From NCBI GenBank assembly GCA_030704615.1, contig CM060733.1:24304001-24368000 (forward strand): a stretch of 64,000 nt of DNA, given 5' to 3'. The notes below the pieces were generated by a model that had not been told where the DNA came from, ran no database searches, and worked only from the letters and a program-made list of their open reading frames with translations. The DNA comes from Takakia lepidozioides. Its lineage: Eukaryota; Plantae; Bryophyta. A program made the translations under genes and the position numbers. Positions 39,806-52,022 of the stretch are shown one piece after another (within the stretch, counting starts at the first letter, position 1; the number at the start of each line of letters is the position of its first letter).

Positions 39806-39826
39806 TTAGGGTTAGGGTTAGGGTTT
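39806..39826. promoter_or_regulatory. (TTAGGG)3TTT: telo-box/interstitial telomere-like motif in the divergent DUF89/mTERF promoter
   Basis: ttagggttagggttagggttt contains TAGGGTTT (telo-box reverse complement). Confidence 0.5.
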
Positions 39827-40134
39827 CACTACATTGTCCCCTCCTCCGCAGTTTGCTGGTGTGGCGATGTTGCAAAGAGTACAAAATAGAATGGAGTGAA
39901 AAATATTCGGTTTCCCATGGATACCGCAGGCTGAGAAACGCATCGAGAGCAGGAACAGCTGTGAAGAAAGGCGTAGTCTGAAAAAAGCATCCATGAATAA
40001 ATGGACGATGGAGCCACAAAGCATCGGATTAGCTCTCAAGACTACAGTTTTCAGCTTTGATAACGGAGCATCTATGCAATATAGAGTTCCTGCTGTAGCG
40101 TGCGGGAGAGCAAACGACAGGGCGCAGCATCAGC

Positions 40135-41676
40135 ATGGCGATGGCCTTGCATCGGAATCACGTGCTGGCACTGTTTTCCCCTAAGAAAGTCAGGCTGCAT
40201 TGGCAATGGAAGTTTGGTTTTCGAGAAATTGTTCAGTTCGGAGGAAGCGATCGATCAGGAGTTCAATCGGCCCACTCTCTGCACCATGTAACTTGCTCTG
40301 ATCCATCAGCACTATCCTATTCCCTTTCAAGTATGTCGGGAAGCTTTCCATACACTACCTGTTCCAACCTGCTTTTGAATTTTCGTGGATTCGGCGTTTC
40401 GATGAGGTTCTTTGCCGTGCATCAGAACTCTATCTTGGACGCCTCTGTTCCCAAACACGATGCTGACGCTCCAAAACAGGGCTTGAACCTTACCAGCGTT
40501 GATCGTCATGATAGTATTTCCTATTTGAAAACTCTGGGTGTAGTGGATGAAGAAGTGCTTGCAGGACTGATACAGAAATATCCTGTAGTTCTTTCAAGGG
40601 ATTTTGAGGACAGTATGATTCCATTGTTACGTACTTTTGAGCACCTGGGTATCCGCGATCAAGTTGCAGGCCAAATTTTACGAAAGAACCCGCAGTTAAT
40701 GATGCGCATTTTGGAAAGGAAATACTTTGAAGACAACGTAGCATACTTGCTTCAGTGTGGCCTGTCAAAGGAGCAAGTCGCAAGAGTTTTGAGAGTATAT
40801 CCACAGTCACTGACTTTGAGCGTTCCAGAGCATATTCAGCCCACTATTGAGTTACTGAAGGAGCTAGGTGTGGCAGAGGGGAAGATTGGTAAAGTAATTT
40901 CTCTCTCTCCTTATTACCTTGGTTATCGAGATGTAAGTCTTCTTTCAAAGATCCAATTTCTTGAGAGTGTTGGGGTGAAGACAGAGAACGTGGCCAAGAT
41001 GATCTCTGAACAGCCGAGCATTCTCTGTTATAGTGTGGCCGAGAATATGATGCCAAGGGTGGAATTCATGGAGTCTGTGGGTGTGGAAAGAAGACAAATT
41101 GGGAAGATCATAACACGGTACCCAGGAATTCTCACTCTTAGTGTTGATGCCTTGAAGGAAAAGGTAGCTTATTTTGAGAACAAGGGCTTGAAAGGCAAAA
41201 GTCTTGTGAAACTTTTTACTTTACACCCTGATATCCTGGGTAGATCTATGGACTCTTTGGAGGCAAGGTTTCAGACTCTCACCAGCATTGGCTTCTCCGA
41301 TTCTGAAGTGTGTGAGATTTTGGCACACCATCCAACCATAATTGGTTGCTCGGAAGTTCACCTGCGGGAAAAGTTTGACTTCCTGATCAAGTCCATGAAT
41401 CGTTCTGCAAAGGAAGTACTGAAGTGCACAGCATATGTGACTTACAGCTTAGAAGGGAGGATTAAGCCTCGGCAGAGGGTATTCTCATGGCTGATTGCAC
41501 AAGGCCTGCTCCCACGAATAGCCTACTCCCTTCGAACAATTGTTGGCGGTTCTGAAAGTTATTTCAGAAGAAGATTTGTCGATTGCTATCCAATGGCAGC
41601 ATCTGTCTACGAAGGCAGCTCTGAGGTGCTGGTTGGACGGAAAGCAGGTGATATTTTGTCAGCTAAAGGAAAGTGA
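40135..41676 (+). CDS. mTERF family protein (organellar), intronless, 513 aa
   Basis: Repeated ~35-aa mTERF motifs (YPQSLTLSV..HIQPTIELL, YPGILTLSV) and C-terminal YSLEGRIKPR; N-terminal transit-peptide-like region. Confidence 0.92.
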   Translation: MAMALHRNHVLALFSPKKVRLHWQWKFGFREIVQFGGSDRSGVQSAHSLHHVTCSDPSALSYSLSSMSGSFPYTTCSNLLLNFRGFGVSMRFFAVHQNSILDASVPKHDADAPKQGLNLTSVDRHDSISYLKTLGVVDEEVLAGLIQKYPVVLSRDFEDSMIPLLRTFEHLGIRDQVAGQILRKNPQLMMRILERKYFEDNVAYLLQCGLSKEQVARVLRVYPQSLTLSVPEHIQPTIELLKELGVAEGKIGKVISLSPYYLGYRDVSLLSKIQFLESVGVKTENVAKMISEQPSILCYSVAENMMPRVEFMESVGVERRQIGKIITRYPGILTLSVDALKEKVAYFENKGLKGKSLVKLFTLHPDILGRSMDSLEARFQTLTSIGFSDSEVCEILAHHPTIIGCSEVHLREKFDFLIKSMNRSAKEVLKCTAYVTYSLEGRIKPRQRVFSWLIAQGLLPRIAYSLRTIVGGSESYFRRRFVDCYPMAASVYEGSSEVLVGRKAGDILSAKGK

Positions 41677-44149
41677 CTTGCAAGTCAAAGCGGCCTTTGG
41701 AGGTGAGGAAGTCAGTCAACTGAGTATGGTGTGCAGAATACTGTGGCTTATTCAAAGGTTGCAATTTGAGAAACTCCAACTGCAACAGAGCCAGGTGCGC
41801 ATTCTTGAGATACTCTGGTTGCTTCAATCTTGTGGGATTTCTGGCTACTAGGTCGGTTACCAGAGTTTTACTTTCCGCATTGACACCCCTGCTGTCTCAT
41901 TTCATGAGGTGAATGGATGCAAGAATTGTAAAAATGGCTTATCCCGTTTCGGTGCTCCATGGTTTACTCCATGGAGAAAAATGCATGTAGAAAAATAAAC
42001 AACTCTATGGTTCACCCCCGAGCTTCTTATATAGTTCTAGCTAGGCTAAAAAGCAATCTATAAAAGACTTGCCTTTTCACACCTACCTTTTCTATACGGA
42101 ATTTGCAATAGGTGAGTGGAATGATTGGGGTGGTACTAATTGTCTGTTTCCTGATGAGTATTTCCTTGCTTCAACCTCTCACCCTGGACGACAGCTTATC
42201 AGTCCGTTGGAGATTGTAGTAAACGGAGCAGACATGTACCTTGAAAACAGCAATGTCCATCTATATTAATGTCAGTCTTTGTGAATATTATGTATCACTG
42301 TTCAAATTTATGCCTGTAGATACTTCTTTGAGCTCACAAGAGGGCATTTTCTGGGGTTGCACCAGGGATCTATGGGCAGAGTTTCCATCCTCTCTGCTAT
42401 TTGGTGGAGCATGTCTGAAGAAAGGGTCCAAGCTCTTAGTTAACTTGCCACCAAAATTGCCCCCCATTTAATGTTGGAGCACCAAACTTCGCTGTCCAAA
42501 TGATAACAGCACTGTGTTCCTGTTCGTGAGGGCAGCCCCGACCGGGGGCCAGTCTCATGGAACTGCACGTCTGGCATTTTGTAAGAGCTTCTGCTTAGGG
42601 TCTTGACCAGTGTTGACCGGTTATGGATGGTGATCCCGGGTATCAACAAGGTTATCATCCCAGGGGTCAAGGAACCTGACTGAGGGAGATACCATGGCTG
42701 GTACCCCTACCTGCAGTTTAGCAAGTTTGGGATAAAACCCCCATACATGCACCCCTGGAGGTGCAGGCTCATGGTTGTGACCCACATGGGGTTGTCTTCC
42801 CAAGGGCTCAAACCTGGTATCAATTCTAATGAGTGCATGCAGAGGGTCGAAGGGTATAGGGAGGCAGGTGAGCCCCTTGGCAGCAGATCCATACTAGATT
42901 TTCCTATTACTTCAACGTTTTTGGTGTATTTATGGTACTTATGGTATTTATGGTATTTTTGCGATCTCAAAGATACAATTTTCATACATGTATGTCTTGT
43001 ATGCGTATGCAAAAGTGATACTCAGGCGCAGATTGATAACCGGAGGTTCTGGTTAAGTGTTTCCCATACCCGCCTTGCTACATTAGCAAGCCACTTGTTG
43101 ATAACCTATGTGTATCATTTTTCTTAAATAAACATTATCGGTAACTGCCAGGTGTCTCCAAAGCTTAAGAATCCAATACCCGGGCCTGCAGGTTCTTACA
43201 AAAAATGATACTCGCCAACACTTGTCTTTGACATCAAACCTACCCTGATCTCTCAACTGCTCTTCATCAGCTCTCAACTGCAGCATTTGGGGAATCCACA
43301 TAACAGTTTACTGGTCATAGAGTCTTCAGTAACCTGCTGTCTTACCTGCCGCAGGCGTTTGCTATCTGCTTTAATTGCTATGCAGTGATAGATTGATATG
43401 CTAGATCGAATCCTCCATGATTTCTTTCTGAATCTGCTGTGTAGTCAAAATATTGCCTGCCATCTCCTAGGAGATATGGCTCATCATTTGTGGAGTGGTT
43501 TGCAACACCTCCACCATGCACTACGACAGATCCCTCTAAATGCAGTCCAAATGGGACTTCTTACTAATGCGAGGACAAAAATGTCTAGTAGTACAATCCT
43601 TTCATCTCCTCCTTTGTATGTGAAGTCTGGGAGCAATACCTCCTGTGATTGATTCTTGTATGTTCTCTTTGCGCAAGAACTATCCTATTTTATCTAAGAG
43701 ACAAATTTTTAATCTATCAAGGTAGGTAATCTGGATGCTCCTGTTGAATGACCATTGACAAAGAGCCGTTGAAACTTACTGGTGGCAGCCATGCAGACTT
43801 TTGCCGTGAAGTGGCATGCTTTGAAGCAGCACCATATAAACATGTCCAAATTTAAGATGCCGAACTGCCCCTCTGATTAAGGTCGCAAGGGAACATATAT
43901 TCATCTTCAAGCTTCAAAGAAGCTCCACTATCCACACCACAATTAGGACAATTTCCTTCCACTATCACCAGAGTCCCCCTTCACTCATTACCTGCTCCAG
44001 TCAAGTGCAATTATGGGCTGACTTTCCACCGATGCTGCAGAACTACTGTACCCACTATCATCCCACTAAGAAATGGTAGATGAACCAAGAAGCTATGCAG
44101 ATCCATGAATGAAGCAAGACACTCGTGCCTTTTCCAGAAAAAGGTCGTG

Positions 44150-47050
44150 TCACCAGTAATCCCCACAAGAACAAACCCCATCTTCGAAGTGGTGAAAGCG
44201 GTTAGCGTCCCGAACAACAATTGCTCGACCAACTATCTTTGAGATGAACTTGGTGGCGGTGTGGCAGTCACCACACACCCGAAGATTCTTGACGAGACGG
44301 AGAGGCGTCCCAGGGGAGGTGCTGATCAGCCCAAAAGCAATGGCCAGCTTCTCACTGTGATGGCAGAGAGAAGATTCCTTTTGCTCCTCCCCGACATCAT
44401 GCAATACAAAGCGCGTGTCAGGCACATACCCTGCCTCCTTCATCTGCCCAGACAATCTTCTCAGCTCACCATGAATTTCCTCAATTTTTGGATGCAATTT
44501 CTCATCTACAACAAAGGTGTGCACCCTGTTGCCAACCTCAATGCGGCAGCGACCTGGCTCCTTTCTAACCCCTCTGACCTTCATCATTTTTCTCACCTTT
44601 GCACTATCGCCCCACCTGCCAGCTGCAGCATAGATGTTTGATAGCAACACATAAGTCGCAGCGTCCTGTTCATCCGACTTGAGAATAGATGTTGCCACAC
44701 GTTCAGCCATCTCCACATTGCAATGGATTCTGCAGGCACCAAGCAAGGCCCTCCACACCACAGCATTTGGTTTTATTGACATTTTGTTAATGAAGTCCTC
44801 TGCCTCATCCAATCGCCCTGCACGGCCAAGAAGGTCCACCATGCAGCCAAAGTGCTCCAGTGTAGGAGTGATACCATGATCTTCACTCAGGGAGTCAAAG
44901 TAGTATCTGCCTTCATCCACCAAGCCAGCATGGCTACATGCAGAGAGAACACATAGAAAAGTGATACTGTCCAGCTTCAAGCCTTTCACTTGCATTTCGT
45001 CCAATAGTTGCAGGGCCTCCGTATCACAACCATGCTGGGCATATCCTGCGGTCATCGCGTTCCAGGACACCACATTTCGTTCGGCCATATGGTCAAACAC
45101 TCTCTTTGCATCTTCGATGCTGCCACATTTTGCATACATGTCCAAGAGGGCAGTGTTCAGGACGACATCTGGTACAATTCCTGCTTTGATGATGTCACCA
45201 TGGAGCTCTTTGCCCTTTTCTAGGGCTGCGAGGCTCGCACACGCATTGCAAACGCAAACAAAGGTGACCTGGTCGGGCTTCACCCCTTCTTGCATCATTT
45301 GCTCATAGGTCTCCAAAGCCTCCATCCCACACCCATGCTGCGCATATCCTGCGATCATCGCAGTCCATGACACCACATCTCGTTCGGCCATATGGTCAAA
45401 CACTCCCTTTGCATCCTCAATATGCCCACATTTGGCATACATGTCCACCAGGGTATTGTTCAGAATGACATCTGTTACAATTCCAGCTTTGACGATGTCA
45501 CCATGGACCTCTTTGCCCTTTTCCAGAGCTGCCAGGCTTGCACATGCATTGCAAACGCAAATGAAGGTCACCTGGTCAGGCTTCACCCCTTCCCGCAACA
45601 TTTGTTCATAGGTCTCCAAAGCCTTTATGCCGCACCCCTGCTGTGCATATCCTGTGATCATCGCATTCCAGGAAACCACATTTCGTTCGGCCATATGGTC
45701 AAACACTCTCTTTGCATCCTTGATGCTCCCGCATTTGGTATACATTTTCATCAGGGCAGTGTTCAGAATGACATCTGGTATAATTCCAGCTTTGACAATG
45801 TTACCATGGACCTCTTTGCCCTTTTCCAGGGCTGCGAGGCTCGCACACGCATTGCAAACACAAACGAATGTGACCCGGTCAGGCTTCACCCCTTCTCGCA
45901 TCATTTGCTCATAGGTCTCCATAGCCTCCATTCCACACCCCTGCTGAGTATATCCTGTGATCATAGCATTCCATGACACCACATCTCGTTCAACCATTTC
46001 GTCAAACACTCCCTTTGCATCCTCGATGCTGCCACATTTGGCATACATGTCCACCAGGGTATTGTTCAGAATGACATCCTGTACAATTCCGGCTTTGACA
46101 ATGTCACCATGGACCTCTTTGCCCTTTTCCAGGTCTCCGAGGCTTGCACATGCATTGCAAACACAAACCAATGTAATGTGGTCGGGCTTCACCCCGTCCT
46201 GTATCATTTGCTCATAGGTCTCCAAAGCCTCAATCCCATACCCGTGCTGGGCATATCCTGCGATCATCGCATTCCATGACACCACGTCTCGTTCAGCCAT
46301 AGTGTCGAACAAACCCCTTGCATACTCGATGCTCCCACATTTGACATACATTTTCATTAGGGCCGTGTTCAGAATGACATCTGGTACAATTCCAGCTTTG
46401 ACGATGTCACAATGGAGCTCTCTGCTCTTCTCCAGGTCTGCCAGGCTCGCAAAAGCATTGCAAACACAAACAAACGTGATGTGGTTGGGCTTCACTCCTT
46501 CCTGCATCATTTGCTCATATGTCTCCAAGGCATTCTTACCATACCCATGCTTGGTAAATCCTGCCATCATTATATTCCACGTGATCAAATCTCGTTCAGG
46601 CATTTTGTTGAACACCTGGTGTGCATCCACAATGCTCCCACACTTAACATACATGTTGACAAGGGTGTTGTGCAGAAAAACGTTTGGCTTGAATCCACTT
46701 TGGATAATGTGAGCATGCACCTGCTTTCCCGCCTCCAGGCCTTTCATCTTGATGCATGTATGCAAGAGACAGACATAAGCATCTGAATCTGCTGAAATGC
46801 CTCCTTGGTTTAATGTCTGTAGAGCCTCTTTCAGTCGCCCTGCCTCACATAGCAACCTCACATACCCAGAAATGCCAGAAGAGGCATTGAGGACTCCCTC
46901 TCTTGGTCCTCTTTTGGAAGCTGTGGTCATGGTGGAGGTGCCTGATTTTGTCAACTGTGCCACTGCTGCTGCTTCCAGTTGACCATCTACCCGTGAAGGA
47001 TTCTTGCGGCTATCGATCCACAGGGAATCGCAGGGAATCTTGTGCTTCAA
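44150..47050 (-). CDS. PLS-class PPR-DYW (DYW:PG) C-to-U RNA editing factor; start uncertain (first in-frame ATG 46930)
   Basis: 20 L/S/P motifs, E1/E2, PG box, HSEKLA, CGDCH, terminal CSCGDYW all intact. Confidence 0.95.
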   Translation of the reverse strand: MKHKIPCDSLWIDSRKNPSRVDGQLEAAAVAQLTKSGTSTMTTASKRGPREGVLNASSGISGYVRLLCEAGRLKEALQTLNQGGISADSDAYVCLLHTCIKMKGLEAGKQVHAHIIQSGFKPNVFLHNTLVNMYVKCGSIVDAHQVFNKMPERDLITWNIMMAGFTKHGYGKNALETYEQMMQEGVKPNHITFVCVCNAFASLADLEKSRELHCDIVKAGIVPDVILNTALMKMYVKCGSIEYARGLFDTMAERDVVSWNAMIAGYAQHGYGIEALETYEQMIQDGVKPDHITLVCVCNACASLGDLEKGKEVHGDIVKAGIVQDVILNNTLVDMYAKCGSIEDAKGVFDEMVERDVVSWNAMITGYTQQGCGMEAMETYEQMMREGVKPDRVTFVCVCNACASLAALEKGKEVHGNIVKAGIIPDVILNTALMKMYTKCGSIKDAKRVFDHMAERNVVSWNAMITGYAQQGCGIKALETYEQMLREGVKPDQVTFICVCNACASLAALEKGKEVHGDIVKAGIVTDVILNNTLVDMYAKCGHIEDAKGVFDHMAERDVVSWTAMIAGYAQHGCGMEALETYEQMMQEGVKPDQVTFVCVCNACASLAALEKGKELHGDIIKAGIVPDVVLNTALLDMYAKCGSIEDAKRVFDHMAERNVVSWNAMTAGYAQHGCDTEALQLLDEMQVKGLKLDSITFLCVLSACSHAGLVDEGRYYFDSLSEDHGITPTLEHFGCMVDLLGRAGRLDEAEDFINKMSIKPNAVVWRALLGACRIHCNVEMAERVATSILKSDEQDAATYVLLSNIYAAAGRWGDSAKVRKMMKVRGVRKEPGRCRIEVGNRVHTFVVDEKLHPKIEEIHGELRRLSGQMKEAGYVPDTRFVLHDVGEEQKESSLCHHSEKLAIAFGLISTSPGTPLRLVKNLRVCGDCHTATKFISKIVGRAIVVRDANRFHHFEDGVCSCGDYW

Positions 47051-48936
47051 ATCCAGCCCTCTCAGATGAATCTGGACCCAGACTCCATTCAGCTATCCTT
47101 GCCTCTCCAGCAATAAAGCATAGATCCTTGCCTTGCTGCTAGCAGCTGACAATGACAGACTAAATTTTTTCTAGCAAACACCCAATCCCTAGTTATCACA
47201 CACAAGCTATATGCTGGATTGCTCCCAAAAGTTTAAAAATGTGCTGGGGAAGAGAGGGGATGACATTCCAAGAAACCTTCGCGATGCCTCTTGTTGGCTG
47301 CGTCTCATTGTAATTTAACAGGCATTCACCTTTTTGCCTCCATCGTCCCACCATTGACTGGGGTCCAAAAAATATTCCTTCCAATGCTTCTCCTCATCTC
47401 TGTTACATGTTGTTGCATATTTTCCTGTTACCACATTGACAGTAACATGTCAAAATCACTCCAAACCACCATAGATCCACCCGACGAGCTAGCCTGGAGA
47501 ATGCAACATGAGAAATTAAGGACGATTCTGATAGGAGGGAAAAACAGGCCAAAACGTGTGGAAGAAGGTGCACTTACCACATGGTCGTTGACCTTGTGTC
47601 ATGAAAGCAGCTAGCTTTTTTTTCACCCAAGGAGGATTCAACCAACCATGAATCCAAAGGACCTCTCTTGTGAACTGCTTGTGTATGTAGTTGGGTGAGC
47701 TGGGATTGGTCTGTGAAAACCACCACAGTGCAGCTGAATAGATGTTAACACGGCCTCCTAAGACCAAGCTGACCCTCCCAAGAACCTTGTAAACACCAGA
47801 GAAAAGAGCAAATCGTGATATCGACATGAAGAGCCCACTTTTGCACAACGGACAAACTGCTTCACATTGTACACTAAGAGAGCCACACCTTGCCCTTGCG
47901 GCTGTCCCACCATGAAGGATCTTTAAAAAACTCAAGCCAGCGTTGCTCCATGCTCCACGCTAGACCTTCGTGCCCGAACTCCAACAGCATCAACACTTTG
48001 ACAGGTTCCTTTATGGAGGAGTGCTTCAACGACATTCAAGCAAGTCACTTTGGGCTCCATTCAACTATACACAATGAGGAACATTTATCAACATGCCGAA
48101 AGTACATTCGTTTCTGCTGAATTGCTCAAAAGAAAATTCCAAACCTGGATCCTACGACACATGCAACACAACGAGCCCAAGAAAGGAGACAGCATTATCA
48201 CCTAATTTGAATGGCATCCCTGAAGGTTGGCGAGGCACCACGGCGATCACAAGCAAGGGACTCCGTCCTCTGCGCATTGCCAGGGGGGATGCCGCTTTCA
48301 GCTCCATAGCCCAGCCCGTTAATTCGCTGCAGGTCGCAAGGCATCTTCCATGATCGAAGCAAGAGGACAAGGCCTTGGGTATGGAGTCGGCATGCGCTGT
48401 CAAGAGAAGGCCTGAAGACGCTGCCATCCCCGCCCGTGAGTGAGAAAGAGGCACAAGCTATTTTCTGGTCGTGCTGCTTCCAGCGCCGATGCCACAACGA
48501 TTGCAACATCAGGCTCCTCTGGATGTTAAGTTAGTTGGGCTAATGTACAGTATGCTGATAGCATGATTAGCTAGTTTGAAAGCCATAAATTTAGGTTTAT
48601 GGTCGCTCTAGTATGCTTCCCCAACACCGGATATGCATGGTTGATTTGGGGCATTTGTCCAAATGTGGTCCAATTGTGAACAGTAGATTGTAATAGCTTT
48701 GGTGAATTGCAATTCCATGTGGTACAATATCATGAATTGTTTCAATTGATTTGTTGATGAATCATGTTGCAAAATACCTCCTATAATGATGGACAAAAAT
48801 GAGGGATTTTATTGATAATAGCTTACAAACAAGATTAAAAAATTAGTTGATGAAAGAAATGGAGGTTTATATATTGCGACAATATGTATAGCTCTTCTTG
48901 TTTGTATCTTGAAAGTTGCTGCTATGTATTCAGCAC

Positions 48937-49003
48937 TGAGATGTGAGATGTGAGATGTGAGATGTGAGATGTGAGATGTGAGATTTGAGATGTGATGTGA
49001 GAT
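48937..49003 (+). repeat. (TGAGATG)n minisatellite, ~9 copies, inside the endonuclease remnant
   Basis: Directly visible. Confidence 0.95.
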
Positions 49004-49837
49004 TTCATGTGTTGATAATGTTGTATATTTATCATATAAGATTGCCTCTCATTTTAGATTAACAGCGTCTTGAATGAATCGCGGGGCCACACGTTACTGT
49101 AAGATCATTGTACATTGTACCATGACTAGCCACATATGAATATTTAGAAGAATAGATGAAACAATCTATGTTTGAAGTTGTAGGTATGAAATGTGTTTCA
49201 TTTAAACATAGACTATGACTTGATTGCAATTTATGGTCAATAGAAACATCTTCTTTATGCAGGGATAGTGACCTAGTCTTGGTAGATTGTACAAGTACAT
49301 GAGATTGTACATATGTTTCTAGCATTGGAATTGATAGTTCCCATCGCGCTGAGCACTTAAACATACGTTTCGTCGGCAACACGTCAACACGAAAGTTTTG
49401 TAAAGGCATCAATAGGTATAAAGTTCTCTTAATGTCGGATACGCGAGAGAGTTGTGTTACACCAATTGGATCAGAAACTAGATAATCTAAAGTTAAATCT
49501 TGTGAAGAATGTATAGTTCAAGCTGCCCCTAATTGAATTGGAAATTGTGCTCTAATAATTAAATGAGATGAATTAGGCGCTATTTGAATTTCTTTGGAAA
49601 TTGGTTCAATTGGAGTCCAATCCGGATTTATTTCTGAATTATATAAATGCATATTTTTTGCATGAGCAGCCCGGCCAGAATTTGTATTGTTAAATTGTAA
49701 TGGGGGTGGAGTTTGTTACAATCTAAAACATATCTGAATATACCATCAGCACCATTAACAAGGCCATCATGTGTTACAATTTCCAACACATCCTTTTATT
49801 AACATCTCTTTTTTTACATTAATGGTTGTGTGCAAAC

Positions 49838-50503
49838 TAGTGTTGTGCGGATATTTGATTCAGCCTCAAACTCCGGCGGTCCCAACCCGGATATATACAT
49901 GTGGATCTGCCTGAGGTCAAAAAATCAAATACCCGCCTCCGATAAGAACCGCCGGATCTGAAAATATGGGATAATCGGATCCGGTTGAGAACCGGTGATT
50001 TTTTTTTTTTTAAATTGATTTGCACCGGAACTAGTGGCAAAAAGAAGCAGGTTATGAACCCATATATCCGGCATTGAAAACCGGAGATTATAATCTGAAT
50101 AATAGCCGGTTATTCGTTCACTTAACATAAAGTAGGCGGGCCATAGTCATGAGTTGGCTTGTCTTCATTTCATTTCTACTCATCACGTGTTCAAAGGGGC
50201 ACGTTTCAGAGGAGCGTGCCATTTCATTAGTATATCTAATACATTAGATTTTTAGTTTGGGTTATTTTATGTTATTAAAATAAAATTAGATTTGTTTGAT
50301 AACCGAATACTAAACCGCCGGAGGCCATCCGGATATAAACTCCATTTGTCCATAACCGCATAGGGTTAAATTTTGTATTTGTTGCCAACCGGCAGGATAT
50401 CAGAAACGGAAAAGCTCCGGAACCAGAGGATGTGAACACAAAGTTAAAGTTAAACATCTGTAACCGGCTGATATTAAAAAAATCAAATAACCGCACAACA
50501 CTG
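49838..50503. mobile_element. hAT-superfamily MITE, 666 bp
   Basis: 23-bp TIRs TAGTGTTGTGCGGATATTTGATT / CAGTGTTGTGCGGTTATTTGATT; perfect 8-bp TSD GTGCAAAC (49830-49837, 50504-50511); many internal CCGG/AACCG motifs. Confidence 0.93.
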
Positions 50504-51637
50504 GTGCAAACCTACAATGTTAGATACATTCTTAAGGACTTTAAAACTAGCAAGACATGTATCATGGTATTTATCAATAGCCTCAAAAACATATACACAT
50601 CCAGGAGTTTGTTCAAATGCTCATTGATTATGAACAAGCATTAATTTGTTTGTAATATATAGATGTAAAAATGTCGGATCATCGAGGAGAGCACGACAAC
50701 ATTGTTAATCGATTATATCAATGTCGTTTTGCGTTGTTGTTGCTGTCAATCAAAGGCGATTTGATACATCAATGAATGGTATATCAGATTGACGCATGAC
50801 TAGTTTCAATTCATAACATTTGATATTCTTACGCCAAAAATTAAGACCTAGTGCATCTGGATTTTTTTTTCCCTTTGAAAATCCATGTGTCTCGTACCGG
50901 AGGTGCTTGATAAGAATTTCAGGTAATAATAACATCACGGTTGCCAAAAATAATGGCTATGGATCCGTTTGAGTGATCGTAGCTTTAAATTTACGAATGT
51001 AAGTATTTTAGTTCCGATATGAGAAACTTCATGTGACACTATAAGCTGCAACTGGGCATATGATTTCGTTAAAACATATCCAATTGTTCAGAACTTCGTG
51101 ATCAAAATTCTTTACAGTTAATTCTAAGGCCAGAATGTAAAGTTGTTTTTTTTCTCGTATAGGCGATCAATATTGTTTTTCTCATGAATGGATCAGCTTA
51201 AGAATGTTTATTGTGTATTCTAAGCAAACCCTATGTAAGAAGCCACAAAGAAAAAGTTTTTCGAGTCTCTGCTCCTCCAATCATAAATAAGAGAAGAGGT
51301 TTGTTAGGATATATATATATATATTTTTATACATGCAATCATCAAAAATTGCACGTCGTTCTCTATTTAGTTTACGCGATTGTGCATAAATTCAATAGAT
51401 AGCCAAATATTATGAGATGAAGTAGAAATGTTTGAATCTGGTGTTGTATTTGAGAGTCCAATTTACGGACCTAAATAAAATTCTTTAGTTATATCATAAA
51501 ATTATACTCCAGTACGAGTTGGGAAAAACCCGAACAGAAAGTGGAAGAAGACGAAGAATGTGCAGCTAAAAGATGGCATGGCAATGGGGAGTATTCATCA
51601 AAGAAAGAATCAATCAGGACATGAAGAAGGTTGTCTC

Positions 51638-52022
51638 GACGATGAAATGTTTATGAGAGAAGCCTTGAGCGAGGCTGGGGGAGGTTCCAGTGGGTGCTGT
51701 CCTTATTCATCGTGGTTCCGTCATAGCTCGATCGCACAACCGGTTAGTGGCTGGCTGATCAAGGAGGTCGGTTTGTCTCTCACTTCTTTTCTGTCAATCT
51801 ATCAGTCCTGTTAATTGTGGTTCTCGTTGTCCATTGAGAAATCTTGTGTAGTACCAGATATGAGGCTGCGTATGTGAATTTGAACTTACGCTAAAGGCCA
51901 ATTCCATCTCAGTCCGTTCTCCCAAAGACATCAGAAGTCTGTGGGTTGGGTGCAGAGTCGAGGTAGACGGAGATCCCACAGCACATGCAGAGATGTTGTG
52001 CATTCGCAGCTGGCGACTGCTG
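51638..52022 (+). pseudogene. tRNA adenosine(34) deaminase (TadA/TADA-like) two-exon fragment with intron 51743-51955
   Basis: DDEMFMREALSEA (deletion/frameshift) EVPVGAVLIHRGSVIARSHNR|VEVDGDPTAHAEMLCIR (deletion) SWRL; GT-AG intron; PCxxC exon absent. Confidence 0.85.

Larger units (their letters stand above)
48580..51200 (-). mobile_element. Decayed PIF1 helicase followed by APE-like endonuclease (Helentron/Helitron2-like coding region)
   Basis: Minus strand in order: LIVSHEVSHIG, YQAPPV, VMRQSD, GLVNGADG, QFPIQLGAA*TIHSSQDLTL (PIF1 motifs); then LCLNETH, IVAIYKPP, IIIG, LDHIWTN, SDHKP (EEP endonuclease motifs); many stops and frameshifts. Confidence 0.8.

Noticed and set aside
42600-43230. 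Decayed hAT MITE (CAGTGTTG start)
   Set aside because: Right TIR and TSD not identifiable
44261-46982. Plus-strand ORFs over the PPR gene
   Set aside because: Antisense shadows of the repetitive PPR coding sequence
47500-48510. Protein-coding gene upstream of the DYW gene
   Set aside because: Short ORFs with no recognisable motif; may be UTR or intron of the PPR transcript
24842-52022. Functional cluster of organellar gene-expression genes (PPR, mTERF, CHCH, TadA)
   Set aside because: Large families and a TE-borne fragment; co-location is expected by chance
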